Shown: in pieces, positions 48,909 to 62,832 of the stretch
How the letters are laid out: every line of letters starts with the position of its first letter
Position numbering within the stretch: position 1 is the stretch's first letter
NCBI GenBank assembly: GCA_973895155.1
Contig: OZ316896.1
Location: 10,241,525-10,305,524 of the forward strand
Direction of reading: 5' to 3'
Length of the DNA: 64,000 nt
Origin: Marsupella aquatica
Taxonomy: Eukaryota; Plantae; Marchantiophyta
The notes under the pieces: generated by a model
The model's input: only the letters and a program-made list of their open reading frames with translations
What the model was told of the DNA's origin: nothing
The model's database searches: none
Translations under genes and position numbers: made by a program

Positions 48909-51900
48909 GCCCCCTGTGGCCCTGTCGCTTCTGCACCCATGCGCATCTGATCACAGGCACTTAATGAACTCAAATGCAAGCCCACTGGCCTAGCACGAGC
49001 TATATAGCTTTAGGCCAACACAGTCTCTGATTTATTTGCTCAAGTAAAGGGCTTGAATTCAAATGGCAGGAAGGTATGTGCAAGCCCCAGGACTCAACCT
49101 CACAGCCTTGGCGGTATGAGCATTCAGGGCAATAAGTCCCCAGAAGTGGGTTTATTAACAATGGCAGCCAGACTAGAGGGAACTCTAGGGTATAGAATTT
49201 TTGTTTTTCAGGACGCAAAGACTACAAACTTACTGAGATGAGAATAAATTAGTTAGAGGTACACTACAGACCATCACTTGTAAGCAAATTTGTCAGGCGA
49301 AAATAACAACCAAAGGAGATGAGAACTTGTCACCCAAAGATAGGAGTGAGAGTGAGTGGTTAATTATATAACCAGTGTAGCCTGAGAACCCAGATTAAGT
49401 GATTGAGCTACACTCAGGTTTAACAAAGTACACTAGAGGTCCAACCTTCAAACATATGAGAAATCTCAGGTTTTGCAAACTACACTGTTCCTCGTAATTG
49501 ATGATATGTAACAATTAGCATTACTAACATCTCGACTAACATTAATTTTGGTTAAAATGATCTTGAGTCCAAAGTAACACTTATTGTTTTGGTTGTTCAG
49601 AATAGCTTTTTCCACTTTTGTTCAATTGCTAGAAAAAAATGGGTGATTTTGTGTAATTCTTGTGTAATTTTCAAAGCCAATTTTTTCCTCTATTTTCCCA
49701 CTCTTGAGACCACAGTAACACCAATTCATGGGTAGAGCCCTAAATGTCTGCTCTCAAATTAGTGAGTAACACTACTTATGGTGAACAGTGTACAAGTTTT
49801 CACAATTTCACAGCTTTTGAAGGAGCTATCCTATGAGTCAGGTGGGACAGATTTGAAACCAAAAGTAGGAACAACAAACCTGCAAAGTATGACAGGAATG
49901 TAGAACTCTCTCTCTCTTCTCTGCTCATTCAACCTAATTGTTTGCTCTGGTCTTGCTTGCTGATCTTGTTCTTGATCTAGAACACCTGTCCAAAAGTTTA
50001 ATGTTGCAATGGAACAGACTTCCAGCAAGGAGGATGCAAGCAATGCAATGTTCAATAGCCAAGGAGTCTCAAAGCTTCAATAGTCAATGAAGGGTGGCTT
50101 TTGGCCAGAAACAAATGACCATAGCTTTTTCATAAGGATGTGTAAAAGTTTTTTCTCAAGCGTCTTTTTTCCTCCCTTTTTGCACTATCCTCTACAGTGA
50201 CTTATGGTGGCATATGACCAACCTTTATAGAGTATGTTAGGAACTATGAATATGGTAGTCCATCAAATTTCAAGCTTTGACACCCTCTAATGAAACTGCG
50301 AGCAAGGTGGAAACGAAACTTAAGGCCAAAAACTACAACTCCAAAATTCAAAAGTTTACCACAATGCAGTTCTGTTTGTTTCCTACATGGAACAATACTC
50401 AAGTATGTGGAGCTCTGTCCAGCATGGACAAGTTTCTGAAGTTTCTTTGCAATATTGTGAATCAATATGTTTATGAGTGACGCATTTTGGGCAAAACTTG
50501 CTTGCCCAAAATGTATTTAAATTTCTTATTGAAGATTCCCAAGACAAGGAATTGAACCAGTGGTTTGCAAAAGTATGTCATTTGCACACGGAAGCAAATG
50601 GCCTTGAAGAAGTAGTCAAATTAAGGGGGGTCCACGCCAGTCTCTACAGATTAGGTTCCCTCATGGCGTTGGTACGTTTATAGATGTCCAGGAAATTGCT
50701 AGATGCTGATAAATCAACAGTTGCACTGGAGGGTTGTTTGGGTCTCCGTAGGTGTAGTAGGAGACAAGCTTATTGTTTTTGAATTGAAGCGTGGCTAAGC
50801 CATAGCCAAAATGGAGATTGCTAAGGAAATCAAGCAACAAAATAATTATGATCGATAGACCCAAGGTAACCATGGAATTTCATGATTAAATTCTGACTTT
50901 GGATTTCAGGCCAACTTCATTTTCCCCTGACAAATTAATATTTGAAACAAAATTGGCCACTTTAGGCTAAAATTGACAAAAATTCATGTACAGAGCTACT
51001 TACTCTATTAAACCACACCTGCTGGATCATATATATAAAGGCCTTGAATACAGCTCATTCTATCTTGTGGTGAATGGATCCAGGGAGATCTGATAATCAC
51101 AAATGGGTCACTCATTGTAGGGGGCAAGGAACAGTCAACTTGATGACCCCTAAATTTTCTATATCCAACTGCCTCACCCAACAACAACCTGGTTCATAAC
51201 ATCCATTTTGGGGACTCCTCGTTTTGCTAGCAAACTCACTAGCCGTTTTGAGTCATAAAAAAACACAAAATATATACAAGGCAACGGAAAGCAAAAGAAA
51301 TTTTAAAACATTTAGTGTCTCGCTAACAAAATTCATGTTTGCTAGCACTATACAATACCTCACGATCACAAATTAACTTATCGCACTGCCAAAAAGACAG
51401 GAGGGAGCGCCAAATCGGGAGACATGGTTCCAAAGGCAAAAAAACCCAATAAAGGGGGGAAGCAAAAGACCCAAGAAGACCAAAGAGGCCCAAGAAGTCA
51501 AGGAGTAACCTAGCAAATAAAATCAAAAGACAAAGGAGAAAACAACAAACAAACAACCCTACTGGGCTGTAAACTGAAAAGCGTGGGAGAACTAGATAAA
51601 TAATATTCCTACGCACACCAGGGAATATCTCAATACATCTGAAAAACTGTGTAAGTTTTACACACTATTGTTTTTCCAGTTATTTGTTAAGTGTGGTGGG
51701 AAAATGTTAAATCGCCCTCAGATCCATTAGCACAAATTTTTGGGACGCTTGGGATGAGATACGAGTAGTCGCAGTGAAAGTGAACTTGCGAGCCCTGGCA
51801 TTTGCTCCAGTTGACCGTTCACTCATTGGGTCTGTGGTACTTGGGCCACAGTTCCTCCAATATCTTCGGTTTCTTCCTTTGACCTTCCCTTCCTTTCTTC

Positions 51901-52905
51901 ACGACAATCTACTTTGGTTGTAAAGATTATATAGGGATACAGGAGTAACAATTGTAATTTGCCTACGCCCACGATCTGTAGTGTGCAGGTTTCCCTGGCT
52001 CCTGGAATGGTACTCATTGTTGTGAACTTGCCAATCTTCCTTTTTCGGAAGCGCAGAGCTCATTTACTCAGTTCACTACCTTGTCGTTGCTATCCCTCGA
52101 TCCGTCGAAGAACCGACAGCTATAATTCGATGTCCAAGGTGCTGAATATTACGAGCACTGATCTACCGAGCCCGATCAACCCTCCCAGTGCCACTGCATG
52201 TTAATTCATCATCATCCAGCGATTTTCTGGATTTCAACCATGAACACAAGGAGACTGAATCTACATTATATCACATTCTTTCTAGATTCTAACCATGTCT
52301 GGAACCCTTCATTGAAGAACTTCACGGCCATCTGATTCGCTGTACAGATCATTTACTTCTGCCAAGAACGTACCGGTTCAATACCTTGCCTTGACCAGTA
52401 CATATCTTTAATAAGGAATTAGTAAACTGTCCAATATATTGCAGTTCTCTGTGTTTTATCCGACCCAAAATGTAGGGAAGGATTAAGAAGGTTATTTGCA
52501 GATGATTTCCATCTCTGTCATAAAAGCTAGCTTTCTACGTACACAAGGATGTTCCCTTCCGCCCTAAGTTACAGGGGCACACACGAGTTTTGCCCACCAT
52601 GTACGTGGCACTAGTCTACATATTAGTCACAATGGGTGAGTTGTCGATCTATGCTGGACCTCACAGCTCCACATACTCGAGCTTTGTTCCATGGCGGGTT
52701 CATCTCCCGAGCCAGTGTCGATGTCGAGATGACTTCTGATCACATGGTAAATTCCAAGAGTACCCGAAAGGATCACACTGTATTACTTGGAGAAAACTAA
52801 GGAAAGGTAGAAGGGTTTGCTAGGCGCCCAACACATTTTGATCTGGATGCAGTTGACAACCAGCTGCACTGGAGTGATTCGTCCCCAATCCAGTGTAATC
52901 CCGCC

Positions 52906-53517
52906 CTAAAGAAGTTCTATGTCCTCTAACCCGCCAAACAATTCCATGGTCTCATCTCCAGTATCGGTAGCCTCTGCCGTTTGATGTTGCTGCTGCTCTT
53001 GCTGACGATGTGTTGCGTTGGCGTCCACAATATCCTCACGTTGTATTTCTGGCAATTGCAACGGCATGCTGAAGTCACGATACTCCAGCTCAGTGAAGCC
53101 GGGGGAGAAGCACCTTCCTTTTGGCACCAGAGCGTTGTATCTACAGATTAGCATCTGCAGGCCTTCGATACATGAGTTTAGTACCGAAACTTTGTCAGCC
53201 TTGCGATTAAAAGGGGTGGGCAAACCCGTTAACTCCAAATGGACAGCTTTCAAGCCTTCCTTGATTCGCTTTCGACGTTTCTGTTCTGCAATTCTATGGG
53301 CTTCAGCAGTCCGACTTCTTTTGCCGGTGCTGGTTTGTTCTTGACTGGGTTCTGGAAGCCCATCCTTGCTCTCCCCATCGTGTGACCCCGCAGCATCGGG
53401 GACCTGCTCGTGTTGCATCGTTTTGCCCTTCAAAGCCAGACGACGTGACATACTCCCGTCGTCGCTGGTCTGCATCCAGAACGGCTTCGTTGGTGTTCGA
53501 GCTCCAAGATGCTCCAA
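52906..53517 (-). CDS. bHLH transcription factor (basic region resembling PIF/SPATULA types), open exon
   Basis: KRSRTAEAHRIAEQKRRKRIKEGLKAV...KADKVSVLNSCIEGLQML has the H-E-R residues of G-box binders. An acceptor-like cag precedes 53517, so an upstream exon may exist. Confidence 0.82.
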   Translation of the reverse strand: MEHLGARTPTKPFWMQTSDDGSMSRRLALKGKTMQHEQVPDAAGSHDGESKDGLPEPSQEQTSTGKRSRTAEAHRIAEQKRRKRIKEGLKAVHLELTGLPTPFNRKADKVSVLNSCIEGLQMLICRYNALVPKGRCFSPGFTELEYRDFSMPLQLPEIQREDIVDANATHRQQEQQQHQTAEATDTGDETMELFGGLEDIELL

Positions 53518-56500
53518 CTGACAGTGCGCAAATTGTGCTAGACGAAAACAATTGAGTCAGTATTGCATGCGCAATGTGTATTCAATTTTCGCCAAAGGAA
53601 AGGAAACATGAAGGCCACGAACAGTCGAGTCCCGCAGAGAAGGAAAACGAGGGCGCAGATACAAACATCCCAGGCGCGTTACCCTCGCAGTGAGTGGCAA
53701 GTTAAATAGTGAAATAGACCGCACGCGAGACTTGGAACTCCCGTTCTACTTCGATCGCTTCTCCTCTCCTGCAGCTAGCGGTCTGGTCGGGCTGGCTCCC
53801 CTCCCGTGAGAATTTTCTTCTGTCCTCTTGGATCGGCAGAGAGATCAGCTCTTCGCTCTGCGCTACTGAAAACTTATGAAGCACCGAGAGTTCCTTGTTG
53901 TCGATGTTGTATCTAGTGTAGGAGCTCAAGGGTGTCGTTGGTACTTATATCTGCATGGTAAAAGAATGGTACTCCAGTTCGGTGAAGTCTCGGAAGCACC
54001 AGCTTTCATGCATCAGACTGATATTTGAACAATCAGCAACGCAGTCCCCTTATGTAGTGCAAATTTGTGCTTTTCGCGCTCCCGAGCTATTGTTGAACGA
54101 ACGGGTGCCAGTAGGCCACGCGTATAATTGCTAATTTTGACCAGTGGCCCCGTCAGCCTAGTACTCTTGCTAATGTTAAAAGGGGGTCCATGCCCCCTGA
54201 CTCTAGTACTCTTGCTAGTTTTAACATATAGCCCCAACTTATACATGGTATATATGGAGTGGTCTGATGAGTTTTCTCAGTTTTTCTAGCAGCTATACTA
54301 TCAATCAAGTAGGACAGATATATTTGAACCAAAAGTACGTGGGAGCAACAAACCTGCAAAGCGTGACAGGAAGTGTTCTCTCTCTTCTCTGCTCAACCTG
54401 TTAGTTTGTTCTGGTCTTGCTTAATTGCTCATCGCTTTCTTGATGTAGGACAACTGTTTTTGATTAGATAAAGTTAAGCCCTTGCTGATACCCTTACATT
54501 GTAAACTGTCTTTGAACTCTGTCCAAAAGTTTAATGTTCCAAAGGAACCCACTTACAGCAAGGAGGATGCAAGCCGGGATGCAAGCAAGGCAATAATAGC
54601 CAGGGTGTCTCAAAGCTTCAATAGCAAATGAATAATGGCTTTTTGCCATCATCAAATGACCATAGCTTTTGCACAGGGTTATGTAAAAGTTTTTTCTCAA
54701 GTCAGTGTCTTCTTTCACTATCCCGTACAGTGACTTTTTCTCCCTAACCTTAATTACTTCTAAACTCCATCAATTATATTTGAAGCTTTTAGACTCCCTA
54801 GAGAAACCGCAAGCAAGGTGGAAACAGAAAAGTCCCACAATGTTACAACTCCAAAATTGAAAAGTTTTCCCTCTTCCGGTTCTGTTTGCTTCTTATGTGG
54901 AACAAAGCTCGAGTATGTGTAGCGCTGAGGTCCAGCATGGACAAGTTGCCTACTGTAGTTTCTTTGCAGTATTGTGACTCAATATGTACATAAGTGACAC
55001 ATTTTGGGCAAACCTTGCTTGCCCCCGCAATTCGAGGAGGGAGGGAACCCCTTTTTGCACAAACCATCTATGACAGTCAGTTACAAATAACCCCATTAAT
55101 CATTAGCTATATATTCATGGTTGGATAAAACACAGAGAAGTAGGATTGGACCGTATTTGAATTTCATATTGAAGATTCCCAATGCAAGGAATTGAACCAG
55201 TGGTTTTGCAAAGTATGTATATCATTTGCACACGGAAGCAAATGGCCTTGAAGAAGTCGTCAAAGGGGGGCTCCACGCCAGTCTCAATCTACAGATTTGG
55301 TTCCCTCATGCTGTTGGTTAATATCCAGAAATCATTGAGTACATATTGGTAGATACCTTCGCAACATCGACTCTGGTCCAATCCACTACCAAATTGATAG
55401 TTAGCATGTCTCTGGTACTTTTGGAAGGCAAAATTTTGACTTCGTCCCTTACATACGAAAGTACTCGGTCAGTACTATCAAATTTAATGGACGTGCATAC
55501 TAATTAAGTCAGTGACACTCTTATCTTGGGGGTTTTCCATGTTGCCAAAAAGGTGCAATCGATGGGCCTTAATTCGACAGCTCCCGTCTAAACCAATGCG
55601 TATTGAATTCTGATGGATCCACCACTAGCAAAATTCTTGGGACGCTTGGGATGAGATAAAAATAGTCGCAGTGAAAGTGAGCTTGCCAGCACTTGTTCCA
55701 GTTGACCGTTCACTCGTTGGGTCTGTGGTACTTGGGCACAGTTCCTCCAACACTTTTGGTTTCTTTCGCGACTTTCCCTTCCTTTTCTTACGACAATCTA
55801 GTGAGTTATGGAGAGTAAGGATACAGGAGTAAGAATCGTAATTTGCCTACGTCCACGGCCTCGAGTTTGCAAGTCTCCGTTGGCAGTGAAGGGTTCCTGG
55901 AATGCTACTCCTTGTTGTGAACTTGCCAATTTCCTGACGTGCGGAAGCGAAGAGTTCCTGTACTCAGTTCACTAACTTGTCGGTGCTATCCCCCGGTCAA
56001 AGAACCGACACCTATAATACGATGTCCAACTGAAGGTGCTGAATATTACGTGCACTGCATCCACCGATCCCGATCAACCCTCATGTGTCACCAGTTATTG
56101 ATTTATCAGCATCCAGTGATTTTCTGGATTTCAACCATGAACACAAGGGGACTGAATGTTGCTGCGGACTATCCGGAGCCCAATTGAACGACTGCTTTAC
56201 GACCATCTGATTCGATGGACAGATCATTTACTTCTGCCATGCACGCACCGGTTCAATACTTTGCCTTGACCTGTACGTTCGTATCTTTAATCATTAAGGA
56301 ATTAGAAAACTGTACAATAGATTACATTCTCTGCGTTTTATCCGACCCGAAATGTAGCAAAGGATTAAGAAGGTTATTTGTATGATTTCCATCTCTGTAA
56401 TAAGATGCTAGCTTTGTTCCCTCCCGCCCTAAGTTAAAGGGGCACACACGAGTTTTGCCCAACATGTGGCACTAATGTACATGATACTAGTCACAATTAT

Positions 56501-56779
56501 ATGCGAAGTGTCCTCCAGTGGGTGACTTGTCTATGCTGGACCTCAGAGCTCCACATACTCGAGCTTCGTTCCATGGCGGATTAATCCCCGAGCCAGTGTC
56601 GATGTCGAGATGACTTTTGATCACATGGCAAATTCCAAGAGGACCCGAAAGGATTACACATTACTTGGAGAAATCTAATGATCGAAATTAAAGGTAAAAG
56701 GGTTTTCTAGGCGATCTGGATGCAGTTGACAACCAGCCGCACTAGAGTATTTCGTCCACAATCCAGTAAAATCCCGTCC

Positions 56780-58160
56780 CTAATTAAAGGAGTTCTATGT
56801 CTTCTAGCTAACCGACCAAACAATTCCATGGTCTCATGTTCGACATCGTTAGCCTTTGCCGTTTGTTCTTGCTGACGATGTGTTGCGTCGGCGTTCACAT
56901 CATCCATGTTGTATTGCTGGCAACTGCAACTGCAACTGCTTGCTGAAATCATGATACTCCTGCCCGGTGAATTCGAATCACGTCCCTTTAGGCACCACAG
57001 CTTTGTACTTGTAGATTAGCATCAGCAGGCCTTCGATACTTGAGCCTAATACCGAAACCTTGTGGTTACTTGGAATACCGAAGCCTTGTGGTTGCAATGG
57101 GCGGGCAAATCCGTAAACTCGAAATGATTTTTTTTTATGCACTCGTTGATGCGCTCTCGACGATGCTGTTCAGCCAGCCTATGTGCATAAGCACTCCTAC
57201 TTCTTTTGCCGGTGCTGGGTTGTTCTGGAAGAAGTTAAGGTTCTGGAATTGCATCGAGACTTGGCACTCCCATTCTACTTCGATGGCTTTCTCCTCTCCT
57301 GCAGCTAGCCGTTTTCTCCGTCAGGCTGGCCTCCCGTGACGGGTTCCTTCTGTCCTCTGGGATCGGACAGAGAGATGAGCTCTAGCTTGGCTCTGCGCGA
57401 CTGCAAAGTTGATGAAGCACCGAGAATTGCTTCTTGTTGTTAGTGTACACCGACTGCACTCCCCGTCAGCCTGGTACTGTTGCTAATGTTCGACGAGGGC
57501 CGGGAAGCGGGTCCATGACCCGTGACTAGTACTCTTGCTAATTTTAGCACCAGCCAAGAATTCTCGATTAACACATAGCCCCAACTTATACATGGTAGAT
57601 GTGGAGTTGGTCTGATGCGGCAACCGTGAGCGGACAGATTTGGAATCTGGGACCAACAAAGCTGCAACACCAACGAAGCTATTCTGGTGAGCGGACAGAT
57701 TTGGAAACCGGGAACAACAAAGCTGCAACCCCAACGAATCTATTCTCGAGAACCCTAACTACAGCAGGATGGGTCCTCCTACTTCGAAGGGCAAACGGAA
57801 AATGCAAGATGAGCACGTACCTTCACACGATGGGGACAGTAAGGATGATGTTCCAGAACCCCGTCCAGAATAGCCCAGAAGTAGGACTGCTGCGGCACAT
57901 AGGTTGGCCGAAAAGCCTCGTTCGAGAGCCGCATCAACGGGTGCATTACAAAGTTTCATTTGGAGTTTACAGATTTGGCCGGCCATGATATATTCCAATC
58001 ACAAGGCTGGTATTAGACTCAGGTATCGAAGGCCTGCTGATGCTCATCTCTAAATACAAAGCTCTGATGCCTAAAAGGAGGTAAAATTTCCAACACTTCA
58101 CCGGGCAGCAATATCATGATTTCAGCAGTTGCAGTTGCCAACAATACACCGTGAGGATGA
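56780..58160. pseudogene. Head-to-head pair of decayed bHLH copies (duplicate of 23700-25225)
   Basis: ORFs 56707-56952 and 57599-57988 are nearly identical to 23664-23873 and 24871-25053. Confidence 0.75.
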
Positions 58161-58169
58161 TGAGCACAT

Positions 58170-60345
58170 TGGACGTCAAGGAGCGATCTCCTGCCTGCAT
58201 TGAAAACCCCACACGATTTCAGGCCAACGAGGATGCATGGGAGATTTCAGGGACTGCATATAAATTGTAAGTGAAATAAGCAGATGTTACCTAGATCGAC
58301 TAATTAAGTTCACGTACCAGGGAGATGACTTGGTCTTCAAACTAAAAGAACTGCAAGGAATTTGGGAATGCTTGATGCGATGGGATGCGAAGTACGTTCG
58401 AGGAAGCTAAAACAAATAGCCCTACCGAGATGTCAGTCCATCCGGAAAGAAGTTCAGCTAGCAGGATTTTAGTTCCCGAATTGTTACCGAGATGTCAGTC
58501 CATCCGGAAAGAAGTTCAGCTAGCAGGATTTTAGTTCCCGAATTGAAACAATTCGGGAACTAATAACAACTTAGTAGAGAACTAAAATAAACACGTACTT
58601 ATCAAAAACACATGACGCTCGTGGACCCATAAGGCTGCAGTAGAAGCTGCTTTGATTGCTAGAGGAACTCCAGGTGACAGGCCTCAGACCGGAAACACAA
58701 TACACAGAGACGTCGATTATATTGCTGCAAAACGATAATTTCATATAGCTCGGTGAGAACTGTGCATGGTGCCTGTCAGCAATATGAAGAAAAAGATGAA
58801 TCCAGGGTTGGTTTACGCTATCGAGCTTCAGTACCTTCTCGACGTCATTCCCTCTTTCATTTCTCGACCTACACGAACTTTCAAGTAACGACATTTTCTT
58901 ACACGGACTTAATTTCAAGATGCGCGTTACAACGTTGCGGGAATGTAGCCCGGCATCCTGCGCTTTTTCACAGCATCCTCAATAGTTACTTGCCTCGAGG
59001 TCTGCGAATCATAAGATTGATATATTGAGGAATGGAGAGAACAGCGTTCAGAGAACAGTTCTTAACATTAGCAACAACGGCTGTCACAAGAAATTAGGTC
59101 CTTAAGATCGGAACGAAATTATACGATAACGTACCTTCCGCGCGTCTCTCTTGGCCTGATCGATTAATTTTGAAAAACTTACTGGGGTCATCGATCTCTG
59201 CCATAAGAACGTCAGGCTCGGCGGCCTTTTCCACAGCGTCAAACAATTCTTATCCTTCTTCATCCTTCGCTTCTTGATGGTGATTTGGAAGTGTCGCAAC
59301 AATTCTTGAGTTCCAGTATATATAGCTTCCTCCGCTGCTTACTGTAGCGCGCCTGATCCACAGAAAGGTTCCACAGTGATCTTTAGTCTAGGATTCTATG
59401 GCCAGCGTCCACTAAATCCACTTCTAAGTAAACTTGTTTTCTACTCTGGGCATTTTTCAGCTGATCTATCAAATAGTGCAAGTGTGCAGACAAGATGCAA
59501 ACCTTCGCGCGCTCAAACGGGTTCGAAGCTAGTTCTTCCGCACGAACGGACCGGACCATAGAGGTACCGTCAGCAGATGTGATTCGATTGAAATTGACAT
59601 TATTTTCCGTAAAACAAGCAGAAACTGCTCAAAGAGTACAATCACAAATTCATGACAATTCAGCATGAAGGCGCAGAAATCGAACTACAACTACGATTCA
59701 TGAAGTTTGTGTTGAGTGTTTTCCTGAAACAACTGAATGCAAGGGGTAGAACGAAAGGCGAATGCCAAATTTATTTAGAACGTATGTCAAAAAGTCAAGA
59801 ACGAATGTTGAGAAGTCAAGACGAATTTCGCCAAGTCAAGATTGAACGAGCATACTCAAGATGCCAGACATTCTCTGTAGGCGCCCATGAAAAGGTTCCA
59901 TGAAATAAATTTCCAGACGACAGGCAGGTCGACCGAGTTACTACAACCTCCTCTTCTATATATATGCATCGAAAATCAAAGAGAGCTAGGACCGAGCTTT
60001 TACCATCCATATATGGTCCCAGTATAGCCCGATGATGAAGTTTGCCAGTGTAGGTGTTCCTTGGAGGCTCCAATTTCATCACTATCATGGCGTATCTATT
60101 GCTGAGATAACAGGACCATTGGCCGTGAAGCTGAAGATCGAATCGCCTTCTATTGTAATTCGAATTGCAGATCGACGGCCACACAACTCCGCGTCATATC
60201 TGCACCGTTCAGAAGGAACACAACGACGAATGATGGAGAGAAATAAACAAACCATGAATCAGACAATCGCTGACTTCGGAAGTACTTGAGAACACCATGG
60301 CGAATAGAATCCTTTGTACTTAAGCTCGTCAAGAACAGTACCCAA
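58170..60345 (-). pseudogene. BRCA2: 5'-truncated BRCA2 duplicate
   Basis: SVYCVSGLRPVTWSSSSNQ (ORF 58571-58918); same truncation point as the other copies. Confidence 0.85.
58422..58545 (+). repeat. Local ~62-bp tandem duplication specific to copy B
   Basis: taccgagatgtcagtccatccggaaagaagttcagctagcaggattttagttcccgaattg occurs twice here and once at about 25493-25552. Confidence 0.85.
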
Positions 60346-62832
60346 TGCCAGATTAGAGCTCGTCAACAACAGTCGATCGTCCTATTTAATCTCGACTGCG
60401 CAGTAAAACACAGGAGCTAGCTAGAAGCAGATCGACGTCCAATGATTGGGAAACATGAGCACAGACTGAAAAAACGAGAGCTGCGACTGAACATACGCGC
60501 TCGAACACAAGAGAGATACCAATTCACGTGCAATCTATACCATCAATAGCAGAAATGAAGACTCTGAGAAAGGGGCACTCCATTTAACAACACAACAAAG
60601 CGACAGCAGTCCAGACGTACGTGATGCAATGCAAACGAGGTGGCGCGGCTGCCGATACACAAAGGGCTGGCCGCGTACGTCCCGCGCGCTTGTCACACTG
60701 CACAGCCCATTAGGCGCTGGCTTGTAGATTGAATAGATTATTCGCTGTCGTCTTCTTGTTGATCAAACTTGAATGTGACCACGCATATCTGTAAGTAATG
60801 CATGTCCTGTCTGACATGTAAACATCGACCCTGACTAGTCCCAACAAGATTTTACTGTCGCTGGTCCAAAGGTAGGGAATCAGCCGGAGGATGATAAGAG
60901 GACAGGAAAACAAGCCATGGAAATTGGTTGGAGACCGAAGGACACGAGGCAGTGCCTAGTTCACTCTTGAATTTCCTGATCTGATCACCGACCTAGTCAC
61001 CAGGCACCCGTCACGCCTGCATGAGAGAGTTGTAATCAGCCGGGTAATCAGAATGTCGTTATTCCCGTTGCAAGCTTCCAGGCTTAGGCGGTGTCCCTGT
61101 CGTTCGATACTGATTCTCAAGGTACGCGTCCCTGTCGTTGTATACTGATTAAGACCATGGCTGGTAGACAGAACATTCGACATTCAAAGAAATCTGACTA
61201 GCTAGCTAGTAATCACCAAGCGTCTGAAAGAGTTGTAATCAGCGAAATTGCATCTCAAATTTGCGAAAATAATTATCGAGCTGAATGAATTTGGCTGTTC
61301 AATCCGGTAAAATGGATCATTCCCGTCCCTTAATGATGAGTAATTGGCTCGAGTTGAATCGACACCAGCAATATATGACCCACTTAGGTAACCCATGTCA
61401 TGACTTTTAACTTTGGGTTTCCAACCTCTTTGTTTTCTCGTAAAAGGTGCCATTGCACGAAATGGAACCATGCTCTTGTAGCTGGGACCGGCACTCCCAG
61501 AAATTATTCAATGGAACCCGGTGTCATGGTGCACCCAATCACTGAGGGTCTGGTTACATCACGTTAGCCCCATGTGGCCCTGTCGCTTCTGCACCCATGC
61601 GCATCTGATCAAAGGCACTTAATGAACTCAAATGCAAGCCCATTGGCCCAGCACGAGCTGGCTTTAGGCCAACACAGTTTTTGATTTATTTGCTCAAGTC
61701 AAGGGCTTGAATTCAAATGGCAGGAAGGTATGTGCAAGCCCCAGGACTCCACCTCACAACCTTGGCGGTATGAACATTCAGGGCAATAAGTCCCCAGAAG
61801 TGGGTTTATTAACAATGGCAGCCAGACTAGAGGGAACTCTAGGGTATAGAATTTTTGTTTTTCAGGACGCAAAGACTACAAACTTACTGAGATGAGAATA
61901 AATTAGTTAGAGGTACACTACAGACCATCACTTGTAAGCAAATTTGTCAGGCGAAAATAACAACCAAAGGAGATGAGAACTTGTCACCCAAAGATAGGAG
62001 TGAGAGTGAGTGGTTAATTATATAACCAGTGTAGCCTGAGAACCCAGATTAAGTGATTGAGCTACACTCAGGTTTAACAAAGTACACTAGAGGTCCAACC
62101 TTCAAACCTATGAGAAATCTCAGGTTTTGCAAACTACACTGTTCCTCGTAATTGATGATATGTAACAATTAGCATTACTAACATCTCGACTAACATTAAT
62201 TTTGGTTAATTAAAATGATCTTGAGTCCAAAGTAACACTTATTGTTTTGGTTGTTCAGAATAGCTTTTTTCCACTTTTGTTCAATTGCTAGAAAAAAATG
62301 GGTGATTTTGTGTATTCTTGTGTAATTTTCAAAGCCAATTTTTTCCTCTATTTTCCCACTCTTGAGACCACAGTAACACCAATTCATGGGTAGAGCCCTA
62401 AATGTCTGCTCTCAAATTAGTGAGTAACACTACTTATGGTGAATAGTGTACAAGTTTTCACAATTTCACAGCTTTTGAAGGAGCTATACTATGAGTCAGG
62501 TGGGACAGATTTGAAACCAAAAGTAGGAACAACAAACCTGCAAAGTATGACAGGAAATGTAGAACTCTCTCTCTTCTCTGCTCATTCAACCTAATTGTTT
62601 GCTCTGGTCTTGCTTGCTGATCTTGTTCTTGATCTAGAACACCTGTCCAAAAGTTTAATGTTGCAATGGAACAGACTTCCAGCAAGGAGGATGCAAGCAA
62701 TGCAACAATAGCCAGGGAGTCTTAAAGCTTCAATAGTCAACGAAGGGTGGCTTTTGGCCATAAACAAATGACCATAGCTTTTTCATAAGGATGTGTAAAA
62801 GTTTTGTCTCAAGCGTCTTTTTTCCTCCCTTT

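Larger units (their letters stand above)
54270..62832 (+). repeat. Segmental duplication, copy B (lacks copia-2 and the Crypton-like element)
   Basis: Colinear with 21410-28055 plus 44883-45735 plus 48909-50170. Confidence 0.92.
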
